Shown: positions 29,285 to 38,693 of the stretch, in pieces
How positions within the stretch are numbered: the first letter of the stretch is position 1
How the letters are laid out: each line of letters begins with the position of its first letter
Origin: Pseudomonadota bacterium
GTDB taxonomy: Bacteria > Bdellovibrionota_C > UBA2361 > OMII01
Direction of reading: 5' to 3'
Assembly (NCBI GenBank): GCA_041178185.1
Contig: JBEGVS010000050.1
Location: 45,186-109,185 of the forward strand
DNA length: 64,000 nt
The notes under the pieces: generated by a model
The model's database searches: none
What the model was told of the DNA's origin: nothing
What the model saw: only the letters and a program-made list of their open reading frames with translations
Program-made: the position numbers and the translations under genes

Positions 29285-29414
29285 GGGTGCGGTACGCCTT
29301 TAGGTTCACTTAGGTAAGATGCGAGCACATAGGGTAGGGACGCAGCTATTGCAGCGCGTAACAAGCGTTTAAGCGCCCGAAACTACTGCGCTTTATTGGG
29401 GCTCGGGAGGGACG

Positions 29415-30305
29415 CTACGCTGAAAGGGCTGCCTTTTGCTCAAGAGCCTCTTCGTAGATACGAGCTGGGGGCTCACGCAGATCCCATACGAGCCCGAACC
29501 AGGAGAGCACTTTGAGGGTGTAGTGTGAGATATCGACCTCCCACCAGTAGAAGCCTTGACGCTCTGAGCCAGGGTATCGGTGGTGGTTGTTATGCCATCC
29601 CTCGCCAAGGGTGATGATCGCGAGGAGGAAGCTGTTCTTGCTGTCGTCGCCCGTCTTGAATCGAGCTTTACCGAGTACGTGAGCGAGTGAATTAATGCAG
29701 AACGTGCCGTGATAGAGGAGCGTTGTGCTGATGCAGAATCCCCACGTGAACATCTGAAGTGGGCCGGTCCCAAGCTCAGGGTAGTACGCTTGAAGGAAGT
29801 AGCCGAGCCCCGTAACCCCGAGACCAAGAAGAACTGGTGGTACTATGTGGTGTCGCTCAAGGAGGCAGAGCTCTGGGAATTTGACGAGGTCTTTCACAAG
29901 CTCCCAGCGAGTTTCAACGAATTGTGTGCTTAACACCCAGCCGACATGCGCCCACCACATACCGTAGATGCGCGGCGGATGAACATCCTCTTCCGTATCA
30001 GAGAACTGATGATGATGACGGTGATGCGATGCCCACCAGATAGGTCCCTTCTGAGCTGATGTCGCGCCGATAAATGCGAGTACGAACTGGAACCACCGAC
30101 TCGTCTTATAGCTTCGGTGTGAGAAGTACCGATGATACACGCCGGTGATACCGAACATCCGGATCACGTAGAGGGCCATGCATACTGCGAACGCTACCCA
30201 GCTAAAGCCGGCCCAGATAACCAAAAGGCATCCAAGGTGGATAGCCCAGAACGCGGCTTGCTTGATGAGGTTAACGGGGTGAAGGGGATTACCGCTGGTG
30301 TTCAT
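29415..30305 (-). CDS. Membrane acyl-CoA/lipid (delta-9-type) desaturase
   Basis: His boxes HRYFSH, HHRHHH, HNNHH; 'GEGWHNNHH'. Confidence 0.93.
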   Translation of the reverse strand: MNTSGNPLHPVNLIKQAAFWAIHLGCLLVIWAGFSWVAFAVCMALYVIRMFGITGVYHRYFSHRSYKTSRWFQFVLAFIGATSAQKGPIWWASHHRHHHQFSDTEEDVHPPRIYGMWWAHVGWVLSTQFVETRWELVKDLVKFPELCLLERHHIVPPVLLGLGVTGLGYFLQAYYPELGTGPLQMFTWGFCISTTLLYHGTFCINSLAHVLGKARFKTGDDSKNSFLLAIITLGEGWHNNHHRYPGSERQGFYWWEVDISHYTLKVLSWFGLVWDLREPPARIYEEALEQKAALSA

Positions 30306-30416
30306 GTTCTCGAGATATCTCCAGGGGCGAGGTCATTCTCGCGAGCCACAGTGGTTGAGATAGTAAATGAATTGAGCCCTCAAGCAAAGACCGGCTGGCG
30401 ATGATTAGGCTCTTTT

Positions 30417-30896
30417 CTAGGAGCACTTGCGACACAATCCAAAGAACTCAAGCACGTGAGATTGCACGGTAAAATTGTGGGTTTGTTGGATCTTTCCCTC
30501 AAGGGCGTGCAGATCGTGATGGGGAACCTCTACGCACTGAATATCTCTGCACGACGTACAAACGAGGTGATGGTGATGGTGGTCGGGATGAAGGAGTTCG
30601 TAACGTTTCATACCGTCGAGGATATCGATCTCGGAGAGGATCTTGTTGTCCGCAAGGAAGTCGAGCTCTCGGTAGATCGTGGTTTTGTTCACCGAAGGAT
30701 GCCTCTGAGAGACCTGTTCAAGAAGTTGTGGCGCAGATACCGGCTGGCTTGCCGCGACAAGGGCCTCGATCATTGCCTGACGGATCTTTGTGATGCGGAA
30801 GCCCTTAGTGCGTAGTGCATCGATCAACTGCTCTGCAGAGGAGGTCTCTGGAGCCTCGTCCTTAAGCACGGTAAGGGTCTTTGGTGGCGTCTTCAT
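30417..30896 (-). CDS. Fur-family (Zur-like) transcriptional repressor
   Basis: ATG 30896; 'GFRITKIRQAM', 'TTIYRELDFL', 'HHHHHLVCTSC', C-terminal 'GLCRKC'. Confidence 0.92.
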   Translation of the reverse strand: MKTPPKTLTVLKDEAPETSSAEQLIDALRTKGFRITKIRQAMIEALVAASQPVSAPQLLEQVSQRHPSVNKTTIYRELDFLADNKILSEIDILDGMKRYELLHPDHHHHHLVCTSCRDIQCVEVPHHDLHALEGKIQQTHNFTVQSHVLEFFGLCRKCS

Positions 30897-30906
30897 CCTG
30901 CGAACT

Positions 30907-31653
30907 CTAGTGCTTTGATGCTCGTGAGGGAATCTGAACCAGAGCATGTTGTATGCCAGACTTGCTGTGCATCCAGTATCCAAGGCCGATGCTTGTTGCA
31001 ATCGCGCAGAGAATAAACACCACCGCGCCGCTGTCTGGTAGCTCAATCGAATGCTCCACAACGTGAAACAAGGCGTAGCTTGCAAGCCCCGTGAGCCCCG
31101 CGGTTACCACCCCGGGTAGTGAATCGAGCACCTTCATGATCGTTGATCGGCGGGTTTCTCCAACCAGAACGACAAAAGAGATGAGAAGGCCGATCACAAC
31201 CGACGCTCCAAGAAGCATGATGATCAGCGGCTTCTGTTCCGTTACGCCGCTCATGTGGCTCAAAATAGGACCGGCAGCAAGCGCGTGAATCGAGAGCGCG
31301 GCAGCCGTCGAGATAATTTGCAGAGAGCTGATCGGAGCGGTCACATGGTTTTCACAGCTGCAATCCCCGTGAGAGCCGTGGTGGAGACGGTGATGGATGA
31401 AGTGTTTGAGAAGGATTAGCGTTCCGATGAAAACGATCACTCCACCGAGTGTTTCAGAATAGTGCGCCGCTTCGGCAGCGAGAAGGGTACCAGCCACAGC
31501 GTAGAGTGCGTGAAAAAACGCGAACGCCGCGCCACATACCCACGGGTTCCCGCCCGTTGTCGCGACAAGTGCGATGGCGATCAGAATACAGCCGTCTCCC
31601 GCCAGAACGAGGGGATAGAGCAAAATAAAGGAGAGGAGCGACAGGGAGGACAT
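30907..31653 (-). CDS. His-rich polytopic membrane protein, possible metal transporter
   Basis: About 6-7 hydrophobic segments with 'HFIHHRLHHGSHGDCSCENH' loop; 10 nt upstream of the Fur-family gene. Confidence 0.65.
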   Translation of the reverse strand: MSSLSLLSFILLYPLVLAGDGCILIAIALVATTGGNPWVCGAAFAFFHALYAVAGTLLAAEAAHYSETLGGVIVFIGTLILLKHFIHHRLHHGSHGDCSCENHVTAPISSLQIISTAAALSIHALAAGPILSHMSGVTEQKPLIIMLLGASVVIGLLISFVVLVGETRRSTIMKVLDSLPGVVTAGLTGLASYALFHVVEHSIELPDSGAVVFILCAIATSIGLGYWMHSKSGIQHALVQIPSRASKH

Positions 31654-31951
31654 ACCCACAGTGTATGCGGGAGGGGGGGGCTTTTGCAAATGAGTCGCAA
31701 GAAGCCCCGCGGGCAGGGGGCGTTTATGGGAGTGTCTGAGCTGAGCAGATATAATATATAGTTAAAGCAATTGCTTAGCTAGTTTGGGATTGGTGGGACG
31801 GGGCGGCCGCCTTAGCCTGTTTTGACGGGCAGGTGCATGCTTTACTGCGCTGCGCCACACTGCCGCTTCGTGAATGTTATCGTTCCACGGGATATTACCA
31901 TACCTACTAGGGTAAGTGTTCAATGAGGGGTTGCCCCCCAAGGATTTAGGT

Positions 31952-32506
31952 ATGCAACACATTCAGCCTGCCCAGGCACGCCCGGCTAACAGCGGTCCCG
32001 CAGCAGAGCATCCAGCGACTACGGATTTTTTCGAGAGAGCTCGACGCGTTGTCACGTCCTTGAAGGAAGGGGAGGTGATATACGACAAAGGAGGGTGCCA
32101 GGTGCTCGCGTTCGCCGAGCACGGTTTGGTGGTTAAGATTACGAGCGAGGCCGAACTGAAGAGAACGGAGAATGCGTTCTCAGTTCTCTCCAACGCGGGC
32201 TTCTCACCCCCTCGCGCACTCTTTCTTGGAGCAACTGCGGAACATGTCGCGCTTATGGTGATGGAGCAGATACCACTGGATCAGATAGCCGGGGCTCGAA
32301 GACTGTACTTTGCGGAGCCGCACGGCCAGCGGATGAAGGAACTCGTGCAGGAAGGTATACAAATAGTTGAAGATGCCGGGCTCCGCAGTGACCAATGGAT
32401 CCCTGATTGTGGATCGAACATGGCGATAACGCCGGACGCCGAGCAAGCGGCCGTTCGGGGGCAGCTTACGAGGAGGCACCTGATCCCCTTTGATCCAGTG
32501 TTATAG
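31952..32506 (+). CDS. Hypothetical protein, possible minimal protein-kinase-like fold
   Basis: RBS-like 'agga' before ATG 31952; kinase-like order of motifs (see findings). Confidence 0.5.
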   Translation: MQHIQPAQARPANSGPAAEHPATTDFFERARRVVTSLKEGEVIYDKGGCQVLAFAEHGLVVKITSEAELKRTENAFSVLSNAGFSPPRALFLGATAEHVALMVMEQIPLDQIAGARRLYFAEPHGQRMKELVQEGIQIVEDAGLRSDQWIPDCGSNMAITPDAEQAAVRGQLTRRHLIPFDPVL

Positions 32507-32839
32507 TTTCCTTGCGCCGTATGCTCTCACTCCCTGTCTCAGGGACCGCGCGCGAAGAGGACGATGAGTCTTTAGCACCCCAGTACACCCTACCTTGTCG
32601 AGGACGACCGACCCCGGCAGGGGGCCTCGGATGTCGGACTGAGCCTCGGCTGCAATACCGCCGGGGGTGCCGTGCGGTGTCTGAGAAAGATAGTGGGGAA
32701 AGATAGTCGGGCGCGTTTCAAAAGCCGAAAACTCTACCCTGACGGAACTTTGCCCTCGCAACTTCCATACATTATTCCCGCATACCTTTGCCGAGGAGCC
32801 CTGAGGCTTATCATGACAGAGCGTATCATTAATGATACT

Positions 32840-33034
32840 ATAGAAAAGATACGGAGAGGGAATTTCATCTTTGTAACCTAAGTCGGGGATCCCGCGCCCC
32901 GGCACGTGCACGTTTTCGCTCGAGAGAAGTTGCTGGTAAAATTTGATCTTGAGCGCAATCAGGCTATGGAGGGACGCATCAACCGGCGGATATCGAAGCT
33001 GATTCAAGAGCTACGGGCAGAGGGACGTCCATGA
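32840..33034 (+). pseudogene. Disrupted DUF4160-like toxin gene of a TA pair
   Basis: Frame reads (I)EKIRRGNFIFVT*VGDPAPRHVHVFAREKLLVKFDLERNQAMEGRINRRISKLIQELRAEGRP*; ATA at expected start; internal TAA 32879-32881; ATGA overlap with next gene. Confidence 0.7.
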
Positions 33035-33489
33035 AAATAAAGAGGGTCTTAGCTCACGAACGTAAGAGGTGCTTCATCGTGCAGTCTGGCACTAAAAGCT
33101 ACGAGGTGCCGTTCTCTACGTTTAAACACGGTCCTAATAAGCGAGACCCTCTCGTCTCCGTCTCCGTCGACAGGGATCTTGATGGGATGGGCTTTACCTT
33201 CTATCTGCGGTCTGGAAGGCAAGAAACTATGCCTCTGGATCAGGTTCTTGAGATGCACCACGACCCGGAGGTCGCGCGCAAGCGCGCCCTGTATGACCTA
33301 ACCTGCCTTGCGCAGGACGTTGTGAGAGATTCAAAGCTCACGAAGAGAGCTATCGCTCGTCGACTTGGATGTACCCCTACGCACCTGTATCGGCTGCTCG
33401 ATCAGACCTTCTACGGAAAAACGGTGGATCAGATGATTAAGCTCCTGAGCGTTCTTGGTGTAGAGCTTCGGTGGAAGGCGATCGCCTGA
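33031..33489 (+). CDS. HTH-containing putative antitoxin
   Basis: C-terminal HTH 'LTKRAIARRLGCTPTHLYRLLDQTFYGKTVDQMIKLL'; coupled to the upstream toxin-like frame. Confidence 0.75.
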   Translation: MKIKRVLAHERKRCFIVQSGTKSYEVPFSTFKHGPNKRDPLVSVSVDRDLDGMGFTFYLRSGRQETMPLDQVLEMHHDPEVARKRALYDLTCLAQDVVRDSKLTKRAIARRLGCTPTHLYRLLDQTFYGKTVDQMIKLLSVLGVELRWKAIA

Positions 33490-33594
33490 ATCATCTGCCT
33501 AATTTGAAGCGACGACTCCCACGCTTATTTCTCAAACGGCGCTTACTCTTTCCCTTAGGGCGCGTGGTGTCCGAACCGCGGCAAAAAAACCGCT

Positions 33595-33621
33595 TAAGAG
33601 ATTTAGCATCTATGCCGATCC
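33595..33621 (+). promoter_or_regulatory. Sigma28-like promoter
   Basis: TAAG-N15-GCCGATCC versus consensus TAAA-N15-GCCGATAA; followed by GGAGG RBS and ATG 33643. Confidence 0.5.
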
Positions 33622-33642
33622 TGCTTATGGGGAGGGGTATAC

Positions 33643-34491
33643 ATGGCAAAGAGGCCGACACAAAGACGGGGCGCTGACGGAGCATCAAAGGATGCTGACC
33701 AAGGGGTGCAGGTGGGTGGCGCACAGCTACCCTCGGCCCTGGAGCCGTGGAAAGATGAGACCCTTGCCCCCACAGAGCGGCTTAAGGCTTATAAGACATT
33801 TCTCCATGAGAAGATTGCAGCGACCCTAGCCGCGGTTGATGCCCTTCGAGGCGATGCGACGAAACAGCTTGAGATTCGTGACGCCCCGGAGACTAAGCAT
33901 TTGATGAAAGAGGCTGCTTGGGTAAGAGAGGTTTCGGCTGAGCAATTCTGCCAACGGATGGATACTCGCACTCCACTTGAGTTAGCGCAGGAGATGGTAG
34001 CGTCCTATCGGTTTGACAGGAGTACCGGTGCCTCCACCTTTAGGATCCCTGCAGGAGTCTCTGATATCGAAGCGATGATGGGGGTCAATGAGTACTTTAG
34101 AAGCTGTTTTCCGGATCAGAAGAGAGAGGCCATCTTCTCGTCGCTTTTCACGTGGTACGAGGTCGACCTACCGGTTCGTGATATGACCCAGCGGAGAGAA
34201 GTTACGATTATTGCCGTTGTGGAGGGCACCATGGGCAAAGATCGAAATTTCCAAGAAAGGGTACTCGTCGAGCAGGGATTGCACTTCGCAGACTTGCGAG
34301 ATCAAGTTTTGGCGGCTGCGCTTCATGCATGCGTTAACCGCGGAGAGGACCTGTTCCTGTCCCACTTAGTGCGTGGCTCTGTTCCTGAGTACGCGGTGCT
34401 CACCGATAAGGATCGCGGTGTCAACGTCTACTGGTACAACGACGCCAACGGCTCTAGCGGTATTGCTGCGTCCGGCTCTCCCTCCCCGTAG
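33643..34491 (+). CDS. Hypothetical two-module protein; candidate DGR-target-like protein
   Basis: N-module shared with ORF 63481, C-module shared with ORF 49048; NNC-rich 3' end. Confidence 0.8.
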   Translation: MAKRPTQRRGADGASKDADQGVQVGGAQLPSALEPWKDETLAPTERLKAYKTFLHEKIAATLAAVDALRGDATKQLEIRDAPETKHLMKEAAWVREVSAEQFCQRMDTRTPLELAQEMVASYRFDRSTGASTFRIPAGVSDIEAMMGVNEYFRSCFPDQKREAIFSSLFTWYEVDLPVRDMTQRREVTIIAVVEGTMGKDRNFQERVLVEQGLHFADLRDQVLAAALHACVNRGEDLFLSHLVRGSVPEYAVLTDKDRGVNVYWYNDANGSSGIAASGSPSP

Positions 34492-34526
34492 TAAAAAAGC
34501 GATCATTGGTGCTTGGTTCATTGATC

Positions 34527-34542
34527 CCCTCCGTCAGGAGGG
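34527..34542 (+). other. GC-rich hairpin downstream of the VR-like 3' end
   Basis: ccctcc-gtca-ggaggg, 35 nt after the stop, without a T-tail. Confidence 0.55.
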
Positions 34543-34722
34543 AACGAACCCTTTGATCCGCAGTGCTTCGTCCGAAATTGCTGAGATTTCGGTCGCAGGA
34601 TCGTTCATTTCGGACCGGGTGACTATCGAGAAAGGGAGCAAGGATGCAGAGCGAGATTCCGAGAATCACTCTTTAGCTTGAGGACCTGCCCTCTTTTGGT
34701 ATCGTCACTACCAGAGAGTCTT

Positions 34723-36006
34723 ATGCGCCACCAATCTAACCCTCTTAATGCAATTCTTGAGCAACGTGACTCGTTGGGCGTCATCTCCACAGAGACCTAT
34801 GCCCCGGTGCTTCGGCCTCGCGAGGTCCCTCTTGCCTCTTCAGGTGAGGAGATGGAGAGCTTGATTAAGCAACTCGAAGATCGTTGTGCATCGCAGCTCC
34901 ACTGTTCCTACTTCGGCAATCCAACCGCGCTCTTTAGGGGACCTTCCTCCGATGCCTACCAAAGCCTGATGGCTACCATGGGAGGGCCGGAAGAGATGGC
35001 GCGTTATTATGGCGATCTCACCGGCGATCATGTAGTGGCACGGGCGTGTCAGGAATATGAGCTCGCTGTTCGGGCCGGGCTAGGCCACTATACGGTCCAT
35101 TTTGGGATCGATTATTCATTCTGTGACGGAATGTACAGCTATCCCGAAACCTATGGTCTTGATCGAGAGGCGGTTCTTGACGGAGCCTTCCGCCAGACCG
35201 TCGTGTATCTCAATCGGTTCGAATCTCATCTCGCTCAGGTAGGTCTGCTCACGCCGGAGAGAAATCTTCCTACAATCGGAATAGAAAACGCCGGGTGGGG
35301 TTTAGAGTACGGGATTCAGACCGCCGACGATTACCGACGCTTGTTTCGCTACCTTGAAAAGGTGAATGCTCCCCTACGGGAGCTCGTCACCATTGATTGG
35401 GATTTTAACCACCTCCTGCATCCCCTTGGACGGGATAAGTCCGGACGGGCCTCCTTCATGCTCCCGGAGGAGGAGCGCTCAGATCAAATGCGAGCGCTTG
35501 AACGTGCGCGGGGAGAGCTCCCTGGTGCTCTCGCGGCGGAATGGATTCGAGTGAACGTGTTCGCAGAGGACCTTGTGTCTCGAGTGCGGTGTATCCATCT
35601 GTCAGATTCGTCATGGAAGGATCACGCCATCTTTGCTCGATGCCAAGCAGTTGGCCCCTACCTGGATCAACTACGCGAGGAGCGTAATCCCGAAGCTCGC
35701 GCCGCTCTCGGAGAGGAGCTGGTAGTTTCCCGCTATGATAACCATCTTCACCTCGGAAGTCCGGAGGGTATGCTCGAGAGTGAGCATATCGGGCCTGTGC
35801 TGCGAGCCATCCTCAAGGAAGTTGAGGATCGTGTACAAAAGGGCGCTGCGCAGTTTCCACTTCGGATCCTTCATGAGCTCAAGGGGTATCCCTACCAAAT
35901 AGAGAGTGGCGATAGACCGCAGGAGCGAGCTCTTCAGGCGCAGGTGGAGTTTTTGCGTGGATGTGGGGTCTTTTTTGCCGAAGCTCTGATTGAGCTTCGC
36001 GAGTAG
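34723..36006 (+). CDS. Xylose-isomerase-like TIM-barrel (sugar phosphate isomerase/AP endonuclease 2 family) protein
   Basis: Metal-ligand motifs in order: 'IGIENAG', 'TIDWDFNH', 'IHLSD', 'ILHE'. Confidence 0.65.
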   Translation: MRHQSNPLNAILEQRDSLGVISTETYAPVLRPREVPLASSGEEMESLIKQLEDRCASQLHCSYFGNPTALFRGPSSDAYQSLMATMGGPEEMARYYGDLTGDHVVARACQEYELAVRAGLGHYTVHFGIDYSFCDGMYSYPETYGLDREAVLDGAFRQTVVYLNRFESHLAQVGLLTPERNLPTIGIENAGWGLEYGIQTADDYRRLFRYLEKVNAPLRELVTIDWDFNHLLHPLGRDKSGRASFMLPEEERSDQMRALERARGELPGALAAEWIRVNVFAEDLVSRVRCIHLSDSSWKDHAIFARCQAVGPYLDQLREERNPEARAALGEELVVSRYDNHLHLGSPEGMLESEHIGPVLRAILKEVEDRVQKGAAQFPLRILHELKGYPYQIESGDRPQERALQAQVEFLRGCGVFFAEALIELRE

Positions 36007-36232
36007 GGTTTCTCACCACACAACAGACTAACCAGCAAGGTACGGATTCTACTATTAGTAGAATAAATTCCCTCCCTCATCGGAAACACCATAAGTGATT
36101 CCGCGTCCTTGCACAATGAACGGCAGGTGCGGTTTGAGTAGCGAATACTCTCTCGGTAGCATCGGCAATGGTAACATGTCTCATCACGGGTGATGGGATG
36201 AACGCACCATACTAAGAGGCGGGGAGTCGATT

Positions 36233-36628
36233 ATGAAATCTGAACTATCGCGAGATAGAAATCATGGGCCATTGAGTCCAGCAACGTGGTGTGCTGGTTT
36301 AACGATGTCATTGGCGGCGCTCGGGCTCTCAGGATGCACCGAAGAAACAGCCGCTCCCGTCGAAAAGGAAGCCAAGTCGACAGATGCGCGTTTTGTTGTC
36401 CAGACCCCAGCCTATACTGATATGGGTCAGGGGGTTTTTCTGATCCACGCGGGCGGTATGTACCAATCCCCAGACAATCAACACATGGAGTTTGCTTCAC
36501 ACCTTGCGACCTGGAAGAGGGAACATCCGGATCGCTCGATTAACATTATGCTCCCACTTTATGGAAGAGAACTCAGGTCAGGGGCAATCATAGAAACGAT
36601 CGAGAAGCCTTCTGCCCCAGCAAAGTGA
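36233..36628 (+). CDS. Hypothetical lipoprotein
   Basis: Lipobox 'LSGC' after a hydrophobic stretch. Confidence 0.6.
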   Translation: MKSELSRDRNHGPLSPATWCAGLTMSLAALGLSGCTEETAAPVEKEAKSTDARFVVQTPAYTDMGQGVFLIHAGGMYQSPDNQHMEFASHLATWKREHPDRSINIMLPLYGRELRSGAIIETIEKPSAPAK

Positions 36629-36734
36629 CTTGCGAAGTGGAGGCATGACATAGAATGTGGAAGGCCAATCAGAATTGCTTTTGTGCCAGCGGCATGAGCA
36701 CTCTAGGGAGCCCTACGTTCTTGCTATCTTCATC

Positions 36735-38693
36735 ATGGGATTAGAGCCAAACGACACGCCAGGAAGAGATCAAAAGAGCAAGCTGGCCGCTGCTCCGTCC
36801 GATGCCGACCTGTCGCATCTCGCTCCTTCGACGGAGGGGAAGATGCAAGAGCTCATCTCAGCGATAGCCACCGCCGCCGCATCATCCAACCAAGAGCTCT
36901 TCACATTTCTTCGGCGGCTCATAACATCCTCTGTCGATGACTATCGTGAGCTCGTCACCCTTCTTAGCCCGGAGGATTCCCCCTCAAACGCTTGCCTAAT
37001 GGCGGCACACATCGTAGCGCTCGAACACGACATCGTATTTGCCGGCGAATTATACAAGTCGTTCCCGTTCAATCCGAAAAAACTGGGGTCGACCGCTGAG
37101 ATGCGCAGAGCGGCGAATGTAATCTCGAGGCTCGGAACCTTCGAGGAGATGAGGGATGTTTTCCAGCGACTGCTCAAATGCGTCTGCGAGACCGGAGCTA
37201 TCACCCATCTGGTCGACACGCTCTATTTCGCTAGCCAGGGTTTCGGGATCCCTTCTACAAAGAGTCTTTGGAACGAAGCTCTGGCCCTACTTCCTTATGA
37301 CCTCTCCTCCAGTTACACAAAGTGGCTTAAGGGGCCACCCGTATGTACGACTGACTATCAGACACACCTTAATCCTCCAATCAAAGCGGGCGACACGACT
37401 CAACAGAGCCCCAGCCAGACCACCCATATCAGCGTGGCCATCGAACGCCTCGACGAGCTTGCGCAGCTTGGAAGGTTCCCCGAAGCGGTCAGGGGCTTCG
37501 AGCAACTGCTTAAAGAGCATCCGACGCTGACCAAAGCCGCACAGCGTTTTTGCGATCGCAACTCAATCCCAGAAAACCATAGTAGGAACCTTCTCCGGGC
37601 AGTTGGTCAGTCCCTAGCAAAACGAAAAAGGGAACAGCCCGGTGCTTTTCCCAAGGTATATCTGGACCGCGAAGTAAGCATTCACGGTAGGTGCAAAACG
37701 ATACGAGCGTGGCTCAAGGAGGCCAACGCCCTAACAGTTTCTCATCCCCTCAGCGGTGCGGCGGAGGGAGTGGTGGATATTTGGATGAGCATCGTCCATG
37801 AGTTTCCATCGACAACTCCATTTTTTAAGACACAACTCCAGGGCCTCCTACAGAGGATAGAGCCAACTCGTTGGCTTACTGCGTTGCAGGTGAGCGAGCG
37901 GTGCCAGAGAGGCGGGGCTGTCGTTAACCTCTTAACCAGCGTCGCTAGAGCTGGGGTACAGGAAGGGAGGGCGATTGCTCGCCAACTATTCGAGGAGCTC
38001 CTCAGCTCGGCACCTTCAAGTGGGATTCGGAAGACGTACTCCCATGCTCTCATCAAAGGGGGAGATCTCTCCGGTGCTATCGCGCTGTGGAAGGATCTCC
38101 CGCCGAGTGAGGGATACGCTACGCTTGTCTTCGTTGAAGAAGCACAGGCAGCTAATTCCAAGATCGCAGTCCACCTGAACACCATCATCGACCAGATAGT
38201 TGGGAGCAACCCGATGGCGTGCGTTGCCATGGCCTATCGCCAGATGGCGCTTTGGCCCTCTCCACCGTTAGCAAGAGAGCTCCTGACCCGGCTCATCGAA
38301 AGGCAAGCCGGATCGCTCACTGAAAACGACCGCACGGCTATCTGTCTTATGCTAGAGCATCGTGGGATAAAAGCTGCGCATAAAGCGCAGATGTTAGATA
38401 ACCTTCGCGGAGAGGGAAAACTGTCGCACGAGGAGTACGATTCGCTCCTTTCCGAGTTTCATATACAACCTCACAATCAGGCGATACTTCAACGAGACAG
38501 CGAGATTGAAGAGTATCTCAATCGCGCCATGCCCACCCTTAAAACTGGAACCTTCTTTCGAGAGCTTTCCGAGAGACAACCTCACCTCAATCCCGGTAAG
38601 AAGACGAGCCGTATGGCTCGGTCCGTCCTCTTTAAAACCAACCGAATGACGCAGAACAACACCCGTCCCGGACAGAAGAGGCGGGAGAGCTGA
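36735..38693 (+). CDS. Hypothetical alpha-helical (TPR-like) protein
   Basis: Long ORF; TPR-like segments 'LAQLGRFPEAVRGFEQLL' and 'ALIKGGDLSGAIALWK'; start uncertain (36657 or 36735). Confidence 0.65.
   Translation: MGLEPNDTPGRDQKSKLAAAPSDADLSHLAPSTEGKMQELISAIATAAASSNQELFTFLRRLITSSVDDYRELVTLLSPEDSPSNACLMAAHIVALEHDIVFAGELYKSFPFNPKKLGSTAEMRRAANVISRLGTFEEMRDVFQRLLKCVCETGAITHLVDTLYFASQGFGIPSTKSLWNEALALLPYDLSSSYTKWLKGPPVCTTDYQTHLNPPIKAGDTTQQSPSQTTHISVAIERLDELAQLGRFPEAVRGFEQLLKEHPTLTKAAQRFCDRNSIPENHSRNLLRAVGQSLAKRKREQPGAFPKVYLDREVSIHGRCKTIRAWLKEANALTVSHPLSGAAEGVVDIWMSIVHEFPSTTPFFKTQLQGLLQRIEPTRWLTALQVSERCQRGGAVVNLLTSVARAGVQEGRAIARQLFEELLSSAPSSGIRKTYSHALIKGGDLSGAIALWKDLPPSEGYATLVFVEEAQAANSKIAVHLNTIIDQIVGSNPMACVAMAYRQMALWPSPPLARELLTRLIERQAGSLTENDRTAICLMLEHRGIKAAHKAQMLDNLRGEGKLSHEEYDSLLSEFHIQPHNQAILQRDSEIEEYLNRAMPTLKTGTFFRELSERQPHLNPGKKTSRMARSVLFKTNRMTQNNTRPGQKRRES

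Noticed and set aside
32501-33007. 168-aa minus-strand ORF
   Set aside because: Antisense to the better-supported toxin-like pseudogene; no motif
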